From positions 1 through 64,000 of the forward strand of contig JAVECL010000052.1 in NCBI GenBank assembly GCA_051942245.1: a DNA stretch of 64,000 bases. The letters are read 5' to 3'. Each line of letters opens with the position of its first letter. The stretch's first letter is position 1. The notes beneath the pieces are model-generated. The model had not been told where the DNA came from. It saw only the letters and a list, made by a program, of their open reading frames with translations, and ran no database searches. A program made the position numbers and the translations under genes. Origin of the DNA: Trypethelium eluteriae. Its lineage: Eukaryota. Of this stretch, positions 1 through 12,956 are shown one piece after another.

Positions 1-1771
1 GTCCTCCTCGCCGTCGGCGTGCTCAACCCCGCCAAATCCCTCTCCCGCTCCTCCACCCCACTCACACTCTGCGTATGCCCATGCCCATGCCCATATCCTC
101 CTCCATGCACACCCGCATAGCTCCCACTAATCGACGACCGCGGCCGCGACGCCGAAACCGTCGCATAGTGCCCCAGCGGCGTCCGCGTGCTCGCCCGACT
201 GCTCGGCCGCGACACCACGCCCCCCGCCTGACTCGGCGGCCGACTGCCACCATTATGGTTCTCGCCACCGCGGAACCCAGTCGCTGACACCGCGCCTGCC
301 CTGCTCTCCGAGCGCGGCGGTAGCCCAAACCCCGCGCCGCTGCCCCCGAACGAGAGGCGGCTGACCCTGGGGCTGGGGGGTGGAGCGGGGATGCTCATGC
401 TGCTGCTGCCGCCGCCGCCGATGTCGGAGTCTCGCGCGCGGCTGCTGCGGTGGTGGTGGTCGCGCCCGCTGTTTGAGGTGGTGGTGCTGCCGGAGGCGCG
501 CTTGCGGCTGCTGCGGACGGTGATGTTGCTGGGGAGGCCGGAGGGCGTGGCGGCGTAGTGGCCGAGGGAGGAGCCGTTGCGGGGGCTTGCGCGGGGAGAA
601 GGGTTGGTGGGAGCGGGGAGTTTGGAGCGGGCGGAGTGTACGCGTTCTTCGAGTTTCTGCATTTTGCCGATGATGCCGCGGATTTGGTAGAGGGAGCCGG
701 AGCGCGGCATGCTGCCGCTGGGGTTGGTGCCGGTGGGGGGTCGTGGTGTGGGAGCGCCGCGGCGGGTGAAGGATGGGGTGGGTTGGCTGTTGCTGATGGG
801 TATTGAGGCACCTCGAGAATGCCGAGGAGGTTTCGTAGAGTAATGACTTGGCCGTGGTGTCGTATTTGAGTCTGGTACCAATGACCTCTTGCGAGCTGCG
901 GCGGGCATAGGAGTCACGGGATTTGGTTTCGGCTTTGGCGAAGCTTCGGAAAGAGGTGGAGAAGGAGGAGTTACGGCGTCCGAAGCTGTAGAGGCATCTG
1001 ATTTTGATGGTGGAGGTGTTGATGCTGCAATAGAGGATGGAGAGGTCGCAGAAACTTGCGAGGCTGCTGACTGCGGTCGAACTATATCCACCGGTGCAGT
1101 CGTCGTAGAGGCCTCATTGTGTTGTGCGATGGTCGCCTCTGCATGCCTTAGTTTCTCCAACGTAATTTCTGCCTCGATCTTGAGGTCTGATAATTCATCT
1201 CGCAGCCGTTGGGTCTCTATCCGGAGATTCTCTCGCTCTTGCTCTCCTACTTTGACCTCTTCTTCCAGCATGACGCTTCTTTCAATGGCCACATTGTACT
1301 TGGATTCTAAGTCCTCCAGAGACGATGTTGTGTTCCTTGCCTGACGTTCAAAATCATCGTTCGCGACCTCTATATCCCTTAATTTGAGCTGAAGCGTCCT
1401 ATTGGTGTCTCTTAACGTGGTTATCTCTTTCTGTAGGGTAGTCTGGGAAGTGTTCGCTTCTTGCTTGGATTGCTTGTACTTCGTCTAGTCGCCCAGGATC
1501 ATTAGCAGAAGCTATAGAACATGTTAGAGCCACCGCGCATCAAGCCTACCTGCCACTCGTTGACTTCGTAGCCCAACCCTTCCACCTTCTCCTTCAACTG
1601 TCGTTCCCTTTTTTCAGATGCCTCAATATCTTTCTCAAGCTCAGCTTCGAGCTCTTTACTGGACTGCTGGAAATCCTGCAACTCAGACTCCAGTTGCTCG
1701 TATTGGGCCTTATAGTATGCGAGATCCTCTTCCAATGAGCCTCCTGCTCTTGCAGGCGACGAGGAAGCCAT
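1..1771 (-). CDS. nudE: Nuclear distribution protein NudE/RO11 (Nde1 family dynein/LIS1 cofactor); 3' end outside the window
   Basis: Exon 1 (1771-1550) reads MASSSP...[32 protein letters not shown]. Intron 1549-1485 is GTAGGC...CTAG. Exon 2 from 1484 reads [11 protein letters not shown]...[39 protein letters not shown] (NUDE coiled coil) and later [27 protein letters not shown]. The stretch I translated (899 to 1) has no stop. Confidence 0.93.
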
Positions 1772-2494
1772 GGTTGGTGGAGTTTTCCGTTGGAACTCCT
1801 TCTTAAGCGCGTTATCGGCAAAGTTATATGCTTTCTAGGTACAATCAGAACGGAAGACGGCCTTCTTGGTTGTGTGTTTGCGCGCTGTGGTCAAAGTCCT
1901 TGTTTTTGTCAGGAGGTAAACAGTGGAGTGAGCACGATCGAAAGGTGGCAGGTCGCGGGTTTGGGAGCGGAAAGAATACTATCCAGGTCCTAAAGGGCAT
2001 TACAGGGTCGAATCCGGTTGTCAGTCCAGTCCAGGAGATGGTGGGTCCTAAGGTGGCGGCGGGAGGATTATGATCCTCTCAGTGGATTGTTGTTTCGCGA
2101 TGCACTTTTGCCAACATTCCGCCTCCGCATGCCCCTGCGCCCGCGTCCTGGCCTACGGTTGACATGTGCATTAGTTTGCTCTTCCTCCTTGATGCAGCAT
2201 CAAAGAGATACAGACGGGGTAATTCGAAAGCAAGCTGGCTATTCTGAGTATGTCACAGATTCTGACGATATTCTGACGATATTCCAGGTGGTGCGCATTC
2301 CTCACCTATTCTACAGGTCAGAACACAAGCCAAAGATTCCAGAAAATATTAATGGATACATTTAGTATCATTAATTGTAGCGAATGGATAGAAAGGTCAT
2401 CTACAGAAGACTGAAGCGGGATTTTTGGCTACCACTTACGCCGCCAAGCCCTGGATATCACTATCGGCCTTGCTTATGAATAATATGCAGTCAA

Positions 2495-5258
2495 TCACTC
2501 CAGTATGAACTCCCTCCAATCTTTACCAGGTGCGAACGAGTTGAAAAAGGCCTGCTTGAAAACTTTACCGATACCGACTCTTCGCGAGACATCGCCCTCC
2601 TTTTCTACCAGCATAACGAAATACAAATCCCATTCGCTCTGCTCCCTCGAAATGGGAATGTAGAAGGTCCAGTCATCATGTTCCTCCTTTTCATCGAAAG
2701 CCCGGGCATCACTAAGTGCGATGAATTCATGTGCCTTTCGAGCATCCTGCCGGTTGATCCATCCGTAATCAAGAACAACCGTGCCGCACCAGTCTCCTTT
2801 GCAGTCAGATATACCAACCCGGACACTGTTGCGACCCAGGCTTGATGCCATGCTTGAGGACCCGTACCGGCGCTCCAAACGTAGAAAAGCGGACCAAGTC
2901 CAGAATTGCAAGAAACGTAGGTCCGACATCTGAGGATCCACGGGCGTACCGGGAGGGTTGACAGATACACTATAAGGGTATTCCGGTAAAGTGAGGTCGA
3001 ACGTGTCCCTGCGAAGGCTATTGTATTTCTCCGGGATAATCCTTCCGTAATTATCATAAGTCACATTCTCTTTTGGATACTGCGGTTTCTTATAGCCTCT
3101 CAATTTTCTTTGCACCACACCGTTAGGTACGTTGTCCCGTTCCGAGTCCCAGACCAGCCGGAGGATACCAAAAGCATCTCTTATGTACCATCTAGAAGAT
3201 GAATCAGTCTTACAGCCGAACAGGGAGGAATGAGCACCTACACAATCCAAGTATGCTCGCTCAACCATTCATGGAGGTTCATCAAACAATCCCTTATCAT
3301 CGCCGGCTTGTAATCCATTACAGAGCCATCCCACCCACACCATGACCAGCTGGGAAACTGCATTTGCATCCCCTCCGAGTATCGGCGTCTTGGGGCATCG
3401 ACTGGTTCCCAGAGCAAGGCCCAGTCAAAATGTGTGTTTGGTAAGCAGTACAACAAATGCCCTCCCAGTGCAGTACTAATCGTCTTTCCAATACCATAAA
3501 AGGCCGCCATGATGTCATCCGGACGACCAAGTATCCGGTCAGTGTACATGGGGACAGATGTCTGGTAAACACGGAGTGGCCGCTCGTGAACATCCCGCAT
3601 GCGCTGCAATGGTGCATTCAGGAGATCTAAAGACCATCCTGCCTCTGCGTCTTCGCTAAAGATATCCTCGCTCATTGTTGTTGACCGACATTGAAAATAC
3701 ATCCGCCCTTGCGTGAAGATAAGGCAGCGCCGAGAAAGAAGGCGCTCCTGGAAAGTCCAAGCTCGTTTGTTCCATGCCGAGTCCTCTATGTAGGTTTCTC
3801 CAAGATGAGCAACCATTAACCGAACACCTGGAGCATAGTCTTCGAAGGCCTGTTCTACTCGACGATTGCCGCTGAGCCCGACGAGTCCAGCTGCAGCACT
3901 ATCTCCATCAGCAGCGCAAATAGTGAGGAATGCGTTTCCGTAGACAGCATCCATGATCTTGGAATTGAGCTCCCAGGACTTAGAGAACTCGGGCTCCTGG
4001 ATGATACAGAGAGCATCAACCCATAAGTATCGCTCTCCTAGCCTCTTCACTAAATCTATGGCATCTGAAATCGTTTGAGGCAGTTCATGTCGGAATGCCT
4101 CGAGACCTCGGTGTTTTCTGTGTTGTGCAACGTTCTTTAATGTCGTTTTGTACACTTTTGCGTCCCCCCAGGTGTAGCTCAGGGCAATATATCTTTCATT
4201 TTCAGGTAGTGGAGTGAGACACATGTTTTCAACATCAATAACACCAAAGTACGGCCGAGTCCGCATGTGATGAAAATCTTCACCTTGCTCGATCCTGCAG
4301 GTAGAGCCATGGGATTCGCAGCAAAGATCGACCCAACTCTTAGCGACTGCACCGTTGTGCCGTGCACTCCCGATGTATCGACCTAAGAATAAGCCACCTG
4401 AAGCCCAGGCAGGGGGCGGTATAAGTATCAGAAAGGAATCCTGGAAGCCCCCACCTTTCCAGTGGATGCGAATACGACGCGTTCGAGCTCGCGTTTCGAC
4501 GTCGACTTCACCATCCCGGACAATAATACGTCCGTCGATTTGCCAGCTGGCGTAACAAACAGCAGTCTCAAAGTCGAGCTCTTCGACCGCTTCTCGGGAG
4601 GGGCCTATTGAGAGGAGTTTGGCTCGCTTCAATCCAGTTGCCGAGTTGAAGACCAAGCGGCAAAAAGGGCAGAAAGTGCGCTTTTGTTCGAGCTCTGTAA
4701 AGGTGCCCAACTCAAAATTGCCCGAACCAGAGATGATACTTCTGCTACGCAGAGAATTGTGCTGTTGTTGGTGAGGATCTGGAATGTCTTGATGGTCTCT
4801 GCCGTGGTGCTGAACAACGAATTTCTCTGCCGTCAGATCCAATTTTCTACATTTGCCACACAAAGACTGATTCGCTAATCCCGGTTGTCGAATGAACTGA
4901 TTTCGTATTCGTCGTTGCTATGGCTTATATTAGCGTCCGAAGAAAAAGTGCTATTCGTTCAAGCATTCCATATCACGTACCCGGTTTCTCTTCATAACCA
5001 CGTATATAGCATTTCTTAGGCTCAGAGCTTTGCCCTCAGTCTTCCTAAAGTCAGTATATCCTGGCCATGATCAAAGCTAGGGAAGCGTACAGAGTCTGCA
5101 GCACTTGAGGCCGCATCTGAATTGGCACGCCCTCGAATGTCCGGGATTGTCCTGCTTGACCGAGGACGATGAAAACCTGGTGGTATATTGGGCGTCTGGT
5201 TTTCAGCGTCATCCCTTGGCACACCATTAACACCATTGTTGCTGTTGACGCCATCCAT
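2495..5258 (-). CDS. HET-domain (heterokaryon incompatibility, PF06985-like) protein
   Basis: HET blocks RYIALSYTWG, LPQTISDAIDLVKRLGERYLWVDALCIIQ, MDAVYGNAFLTICAA and WNKRAWTFQERLLSRR, plus FPSWSWCGW. N-terminal CGKC...CPFC. Inferred introns 5090-5041, 4980-4918 and 3241-3192 join the ORF pieces in frame. Confidence 0.88.
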
Positions 5259-6762
5259 CTTCCCTTGTACGAAATGTATGCAATACGGAGAGAAGAGAAG
5301 CGACGAGAAGATATCACATTCGCTATAAGTTGAAGCGATTCGAGAAAGAACAGCCAGAAATGAAGAGAGCTTTAAGAAAACTCAAGACCAGCAGCAACTT
5401 GTTAGAGGAATCTGCTCAAAGACCACCCCTTCTACCAGGCGTCTCCAATTCTAGGCTGCTCGCTTACCTATAAGTGCCATATATGCTCTGTGTCTACTGG
5501 GGCATAGCTGAAGAAAAAGCAATTCAATATGCAGATAGCGTATTGATTCATTGGGTGGCGTAGACGAAATAAGCTTCGGGAGCCTCAGGACTTGGATAAT
5601 CAGCAACAGTGCACTGGAAAAGGTGACCCTAGGTCTGCTTGTAGCTGAGTGTGATTGATCGCAGTTCGCAATTGCTTTAGTGCGTTGAGGCTTTCAGCCG
5701 GAGTCACTTATTTGGTGCGATGGGCGCGATCTCGAACGCCATCTTTGGAGCCAGCCAGCTGCAGGCAACAAGGCGACACAGCGAAAAGCCCAGGCAACCA
5801 GCCTACCAATCTCCCCAGCTCCGCCTTTTGATGGAGGATCGAAGGCATGATGTCGAGATGAATTGAGGAGACTGGTGAGAGGCAACCGAGCCTGTGCGCA
5901 AGGTCGTGCGATGCCGGCCGAAGCTGAAGCTTGCGGGAATCCTACGATAGGAAAAGATTCCGAAGCACAGGTGGAGTACCTTAGTACAGAGTACTCAGTG
6001 AAGTCTTATGGACCTTTCTGTGTTTAGTGAATCTGTCCGCGCCGTTGCACATAGTTTCAGCAACGTGCGATTTCTACAAGGCCCGTCATTCATCTCCGAA
6101 CTATTATCGTAGATGCGAGCTTCTCGACTCCGACAGCTGCGAGGCGCTTGCAATCAGCTTTGTGCTATGTCTTGGAAGTCACCGATTACGACGAAGCTAT
6201 ATTGGGTCTTCGTCTCAGACGAGAGAAGATCCAAGATGAGAGACAGCTATTACCTGTAATGATTTCAGTCTTTGCAATCTCGCCAAAGCTGCGCTGTTAA
6301 ATGCATTCGACAACCGATCTTCAGGCTCCAAGACGTTGGAGATGGCAATGGCTAGCAATCTATCTTCACGTGTATCAAACCGCCAGCGACAAATTGAGCA
6401 CGATCAGAGTAGTAGCTGAATGAGAAGTCGAGTTAGAATCGACAGAAGATCTATGTGATACTCCTATTTTAGCACATACATTCTCGAAAGCCCGTGATCA
6501 AAGCTCCCGCCATGGATGGCCAGCTTCAGTTCAGAAGATTTGCAAAAAGCCAAGAGTCAGAGATAGACGATATGACCTGAATGAGGTACAACTGGGCAGG
6601 TAGAACACCTGCTGCGTTCTCCGAGATGCCGTTGGCTTCAGCATTGAACCCGCTATTCTCACTTTCAGAGCAATTGTTAATTATGTGACCAAGAGCGAAA
6701 CTATAGAAACATTGGGTATCATATGGGACTTGATCATCATGAAGCATCTCGCCTCATCCGCG

Positions 6763-7683
6763 CTACCTACTCTCTGAAGACTGGCGCCTCCTACGATAGC
6801 GATCTCTATCATCCTCAGACGAAGCATACCCATCCCTATCCTCATGCCGTCGTGTATCTCTGCCGTTGCCTGTGTCAGTCTTCTTGTCGCGCCTAGTGAG
6901 GGGTCGACGTCTTCCGTCTCTCTCGTTCTCCGACTGCCCATAGTCTCCTCGCCTAGAATTTGGTTGGTGTCGTCTTTCTTGGTCGTTGTCTAGACTACGA
7001 CTTCTTTCACGTCTGGATCGATGGCGGGTATGCTTCGGATTGTCACCAGAATCTGCAATCTTGTCTCGCTTCGACCGATGACGATACTTGTGTCGATGTC
7101 CGTTGCGCGAATCGTTCTTCGTCGTGAGCTTCTGCAGCGCAGCCTGCACCTCCTCACGTTTTTGTTCGAGCCTGTAAGCCTTCATGGGATCTTCATCGTC
7201 CTCATGATTGTTGATCATTTTGGCTAACTCGATCTCCTCTTTCAGCATAGGACGCTCTTCCTCGCTCTCCGCGCTAGCTTCATCCTCGCTTTTGGTCACA
7301 ACAAATTTCTCAATCTTGCCCTCATCTTCATCCTGGCCCTCCTTCTTATTGTATCTTGTATGATCGACCCTCAAGGTCCTGCCCATGATCTGTGCGCCAC
7401 CCAAGTTGTCTACAGCGATATCGGTGCTTCTCTGGTCCTCATATTTCAAAAACGCAAAACCTCTGCTCTTGCCCGTTTCCTTGTCCCGCGCTAGATGAAC
7501 GTGTGTTGGTTCACCATACTGTGAGAAAATTGTAATGATGTCTCCCTCTGAAAGATCGAATGGAAGGCCGCCGATGAAGATGTAAGCAGTGTCTGCGAAA
7601 TCGCGATGCCATGAGGCCTCAGGAGCGGTACCCGCCTCGAGCTCGCGCGCGTTAAGCGCCTGTATTGAGCGGACTGTATTCAT
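6763..7683 (-). CDS. ist3: U2 snRNP/RES complex RRM protein Ist3/Snu17 (RBMX2 homologue)
   Basis: MNTVRSIQALNARELE...SWHRDFADTAYIFIGGLPFDLSEGDIITIFSQYGE...GKSRGFAFLKYEDQRSTDIAVDNLGG...LRVDH is the RBMX2-type RRM, followed by an Arg/Asp/Ser-rich tail. Single exon. Confidence 0.92.
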   Translation of the reverse strand: MNTVRSIQALNARELEAGTAPEASWHRDFADTAYIFIGGLPFDLSEGDIITIFSQYGEPTHVHLARDKETGKSRGFAFLKYEDQRSTDIAVDNLGGAQIMGRTLRVDHTRYNKKEGQDEDEGKIEKFVVTKSEDEASAESEEERPMLKEEIELAKMINNHEDDEDPMKAYRLEQKREEVQAALQKLTTKNDSRNGHRHKYRHRSKRDKIADSGDNPKHTRHRSRRERSRSLDNDQERRHQPNSRRGDYGQSENERDGRRRPLTRRDKKTDTGNGRDTRRHEDRDGYASSEDDRDRYRRRRQSSESR

Positions 7684-7996
7684 GATTATCGTTACCAAAT
7701 CGATGAGCCTGAAAACGAAATTATGTCTCCATGTCGAAAAGATCTTCGAACAGTCAAGGTCTAATTTCTTGCGGAGGTTGAAATGGTACGCCTGGGGTTA
7801 CGCAAGGATGCGCGACTATTTCGTATACCAGGTGGAGACAGGAAACCCACGGTATTTTGCGAATCAATTGAATCCTTGAGAGGCAAAAGTGGGCGCGAGC
7901 TACCGCTACTCGGAAGGTTTGGAGAGCTTCATGGAGGAGACGTTCGGGAGGTACGGAGTACGATAAATGTAAACTGACTTTGAGAAGACGGAAGGA

Positions 7997-8034
7997 TCTT
8001 ATCGATAAGACCCAACGCGTTTAGACTAACGCGT
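7997..8034. promoter_or_regulatory. 14-bp perfect palindrome TCTTATCGATAAGA plus two MCB-like ACGCGT boxes in the ist3/DLIC divergent promoter
   Basis: Palindrome at 7997-8010; ACGCGT at 8015-8020 and 8029-8034. Function is inferred from motif similarity only. Confidence 0.45.
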
Positions 8035-8181
8035 AAACTTTGACTTGCTTCTCAAAGCTGCGTTCTTGTTTTAGGAGAATGATTTGGGATGATTTGAGTC
8101 TTCTCTCCATAAACTTGCCGTCTTGATTTGCGAGCCTGGATTTAGCCTACGGTAGCCTATGTGGACATCATCTACAACTCA

Positions 8182-9851
8182 ATGGCGTACGCAGCCCGAC
8201 GAGTGTCGACAATGACGCAGCGAAGTGACAGTCGAACCCGGAGCAATGAAGAAGAGCAGAAGAAAGAGTTATGGTCATCTATGCTCGATGGTGTCTCTAG
8301 TGGGAAGAGATTACCAGAGAAAACACTGCTCGTTCTTGGAGGCTCACCAGAAACACAGAAGGATTTCCTAGAAGCACTGCAGCAAGACCCAAGCAACCGT
8401 CGAAGACCTCCAGAGCGGTCTCAAAGAAAGAAGCCCCCAGTCGCGAATCAATTTGCATTAGGGTACACATACCAGGATGTCTTAGACGCTGATCAAGAAG
8501 ATATACTCGCCCGTCTTTCACTTTACCTCCTGACGGATTCTTCACCGTCCTTCGCACCTCTCATCAAAAGGTTATTCACAACAAAAACGTTACCAGATCT
8601 TGCGGTTACAATATTGTTGGACTGGAATGAGCCGTGGGCATGGATGCGCCAGCTGCGACAATGGATCAGGATCCTACGATCCATATTATTATCCCTGGAT
8701 GATGAATGTAAGGATGGCTTGGAAGAGAATATCGTAGAGTGGCGAGACAAAGGCCGCGCTGGTGTGGCTGATGGACCGAGTGGAGGGGCAGACGGAGAGG
8801 CGTCATTGCCTCTGGGTCCTGGAGAATGGGATGAACCTCTCGGAGTGCCCTTGTGTGTGGTTTGCCAAAATGCTGACAAGATCGAATTTCTCGAGAAAGA
8901 AAGAAATTGGAAAGAAGAAGATCTCGACTTTGTACTTCAGGTTCTGCGAACTGCATTACTCAAGCATGGGGCATCACTCATATACACCATGCCGTCATCT
9001 CCAGGATCTTTGCAGGCCTTGATGCATTCGATATTAGGGATTCAGTCACCATTGAAAAGACAAACCCTCAAACATAATGTCATCGATCGAGATAAAGTTC
9101 TTATACCTCCGAACTGGGATTCCTGGGGCAAGATTCGTGTTTTGAGAGAAGGCTTCGAAGTAGAAAGTCTTAGCAGCGCATGGTCTCTTGAAATCCAGGA
9201 TCCTCCCAATGCATCCGCAGATCGTGAGGATGAAGCTACTAAGGAGAATGAATTCGACGTAGTTGATAGCCAATCCGTCAACTCCTCGGGAACGAGCGTA
9301 GTCGCTTTCTACGAGAAAACAATCAGTGGTCCCCGGCCGACCTCGACACTCCTGTCTGGGGCGCGAACAAAGGAGCTCGGTAGTCTCGAGGTTGAGAGCG
9401 CGGATATTCAAGCATTCCTTGGTGAACAGCTCACCAGGCTGGAACAGTTGAAAGAACAAGACGAGAAAGCAAAGACTAGTAGTAGTTCAAGACGAAATGT
9501 CTTGAGCGCACAAGGTTCGAGTATGGATGGTGGCCTCGATGAGAAAGGACGGGGCGTTAATGATCATATTGGACCAATACAATTCAACATGGGCGGTATA
9601 CAGGTGGACGCTGATGATATGTTGAGAAGGATCAAAGTAACAGCTCCGGAACCTTTGGAAAGACTCAAGCTAATAGATTGATACAGAACCGAGATGCCTT
9701 CTCTACACCAGAGAAAGAACGAATAGCAAGTCCTGTCGCACAGTCAGAGGGAAAGACAGAAAACGAGGCTCTGGCAGCCTACTTCGCAAATTTAGCAAAG
9801 AGGGGCGGAACTTCAGCTGTCAACAGTCCGACACCAAAGTCCAATGGGTAG
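8182..9851 (+). CDS. Cytoplasmic dynein 1 light intermediate chain (DLIC)
   Basis: ELWSSMLDGVSSGKRLPEKTLLVLGG, ALGYTYQDV, LLDWNEPW, LLKHGASLIYT, IPPNWDSWGKIRVLREGF, GPIQFNMGGIQ. Intron 9637-9686. The last exon has the ENEALAAYFANLAKR helix; stop TAG ends at 9851. Confidence 0.9.
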
Positions 9852-11130
9852 GACTTTTGTGATGACGTTGTGGACTGTGTCCATTTTTGGAGCGTTTTGA
9901 GCATTTTCTCCTTGTTGCAATTGGTAGATACCCTATAGTACTAAGAAGATGACAACAGCCATGACATTTGTACCATTATGCCTATCCTTAAGATGTGAGG
10001 ATCTAGATAAAGAGCGAGGATTGGAGCCCTTCTAGACTACTTAAAATAGAAACAAGATTCTTATGATATGGCTTTACTATTCATCCTATTTAGATCTCCT
10101 ACCAAATGCTTGCTCAAGTAATCTGTTGAAGATCTTCGAAACGTATGATGATCAAGATCTCATCAATCTCCCACGTCATACTGCTGCAGAGTCTCGTGAA
10201 TCAATCGCTCTGCCTAGCGTGTAATGACGAAGAGAAGACCCAATCAAGTCTGACTCTCCCGAGTAAATTCCGGCATATGCTCAATGTCATGCCGCTCACC
10301 ATACTGACGACTACATTCCCTACTCCGGAGCCAGCCCGAAGGTGCGTGCTCCGCCACAAAGGCCCAGGCTATGGTGGTTGTCTGGATATTATCCTTGGAA
10401 TAGTCTCCAGAAAGACATACCATACCGCCGCCGTCTGCAAGTTGATATTTATGAACAAATTGTGGTAGATCTTCTTACCACCTCGTTGGAAGTGTGAGCG
10501 TGTCCTACAGTGCGCAAGACCCAAGTGTTTGGGCTACTTCAGAGAAACTCAGTGGTGAGATCTAGTTACGGCGGTGAAGATGTGTATTCGAACGGCTAGA
10601 AGCACTCATTCTTCTGATCAAGATACCTTGTATGCGGATAAGGCTGAAGATAGCTGGGGATTCCTATGTATTGAGCCCTACACGCATATGTACTTGACTT
10701 CGGTCAATCATGGACTACGATTATCCAAGGTTATACATCTATATGTCGATGAAGGAGTTCGACACTGTAGTCGCGGTGCATTTGGTGCTGGACGAAGACA
10801 ATAGCGGGCCGATCGAAAATGGCATCCAGAATACCTGTAAAATCTGTCAAGTCTTTGACGTTGTTGTATTGCTCTGCTGAAATGGGAGGCGTTGGTATCG
10901 ACAAGTTCTAAATTTGAGTCGATTTAGTACCCAGAAGAGTGGAGTTTGTTGGGCCGGCGTGCTGATTGGTCGGTTGGTCTTGTGACGTCTGTCTTCGCCC
11001 ACGTGCATTCCAGCAGTGTCTATGACAAGGGAAAGCACCTCATACATCAACCGCTTCTTCCTCATTATCCTACGGAGATCTCATTTCAACTTGCGACATC
11101 AAGCCCATACTCTGCGCTGATTCCCATATC

Positions 11131-12082
11131 ATGGCGAATCACAAATACACACCGGCGCCCCAGCGCGACTCCTTCGACGAGACGACCAGCTACAGCCAGC
11201 CGCCACCCTCATATCAAGCTGAGGCCTCTACAAATGCAGCTCTGCTCTCCGGAGCGCCTCGCGAAGAATATGACAACGTTCCTGATGACTTCAAGGTACG
11301 TTACATTGTCATCTGGAGAACAGTCCTTGGGGAGTGATTATGGCTAATAACGTGCAGTTTGGTGGCTCGGTCGCTGAGGCCACCATCGACATTAGAATGC
11401 AGTTTGTGAGAAAAGTCTACGCAATCTTGTAAGTCCGAGCAATTTTAATGACGAAAGTTCGACAGATCGAGGCTAATGTCATACTAGGACTGTTCAAATC
11501 TTTGCCACTGCCGTCCTCAGCTCCGTATCCTTCTTCAGTGACAACTACAAGACCTGGATTCAGTCCAACCAATGGATGATGTGGGTTTCATTATTTGGAG
11601 CAATCGGATTTATGCTCTTGACCTTCTGGAAGAGAAAATCGTACCCCACGAACCTCTTATTCTTGACGGGGTTTACTGCGCTTGAGGCTTATTCTATTTC
11701 GGTCGTCACGTCCTACTTTCAAAGCACAATCGTCCTTGAGGCGCTCATAATTACGGCCGCAATCTTTGTCGCTCTAACCCTATTCTCTTGCCAAACAAAG
11801 TATGACTTCACTTCTTGGCAGCCGTACCTGGGTTTCGCGCTTTGGATCCTCATCATCTTTGGTTTCATGGCCGCATTCTTCCCCCTTGGCTCTGGTGTCG
11901 AACTTACGTATGGTATCATCGCGGCCATCATCTTCAGTGGTTACATCTTAGTGGACACTCAGCTAGTGATGAGGCATTATCACGTTGAAGAGGAAATTGC
12001 GGCTGCCATTTCGCTCTACCTTGACGTCATTAACCTCTTCCTTGCGATTCTCCGCATCCTCAACAGTCAGCAAAACAATTAG
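11131..12082 (+). CDS. bxi1: Bax inhibitor-1/TMBIM family membrane protein (Bxi1-like)
   Basis: PPSY motif, DNVPDDFK|FGGSVAEATIDIRMQFVRKVYAIL, several hydrophobic segments, YILVDTQL...EEEIAAAISLYLDVINLFLAILRIL. Introns 11296-11357 and 11429-11487. Confidence 0.9.
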
Positions 12083-12956
12083 TGAATCACTCTGGCAAGT
12101 GTTTCCTTCGTTTTCTCACATGGTCCTCGTAGCTCTGGCGCTTTTCTTTTCCAATCACTACGAAGGATGAAGGGACGGGCGTTCACTGATTTGGACTGTT
12201 GGTTCTGATTAGTATGCGGCAACAGCCCCCTCGAAGTTGTACTTTATTAGCAAACCTATGGTAGAAGGTCCGATTTTTGTCTTAAAGTACCTCAGGTAGT
12301 CAATTGATTTCCGCAAGTTTTATTTTATCAATCCACTGAGCTGTCGAGTCAGGAGCCACATGCTGATGTAAAGCCAACCAGCACCTTGTCTAGAGGTAGG
12401 CATATCATGATTGCATTATAGTGGGAAAGGCAGATCTTGGTGTATTCGTCAAACTATCCGGCCTCCAGGTGGCTTTCATCCATGAATGGCCAGCATCCCC
12501 TCTTAATCAGTCGGTTGCAATTGGACAACCTGGCCAGTGGGGCAATGTGACTTCCAGGGTCTTGCGCCTAACGCGACGGCCCGCAGGGAAAATTGTCGTG
12601 CGATGAAACGTAGTCCGCCGGTGAGCTCCACGCCTCCAACTCTTGCGATCTCTGAGGCCAGCGAGACCTTCATTTGACTGACCGCCAATTGTCCGCTTTG
12701 GAGCCATCTGTAAACATTCGTTGACCGATCCCGCTAAGAACTGCACCGCCCATCTGTCGCTTCCACAACTCTATTTCCCCACCTCCCACCATTACTCCCT
12801 CTCTGCCCGACACAGCTTTGTGCAAGTCGCATTTCTAGATTCTGCTCGCTGCTTCACACCCGTGGGACTTAGTTTTCCTATCGCAAAGCTTCACAAAGCT
12901 TAATGACAGCTTGAGCTAAAGAATTGACCCTGTTCCAGTCTTGCGTCTCGTCCGAC

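Noticed and set aside
62..1344. ORF-track entries 62-328, 75-287, 395-811, 558-806 and 889-1344
   Set aside because: These are alternative-frame or antisense shadows of the GC-rich nudE exon 2.
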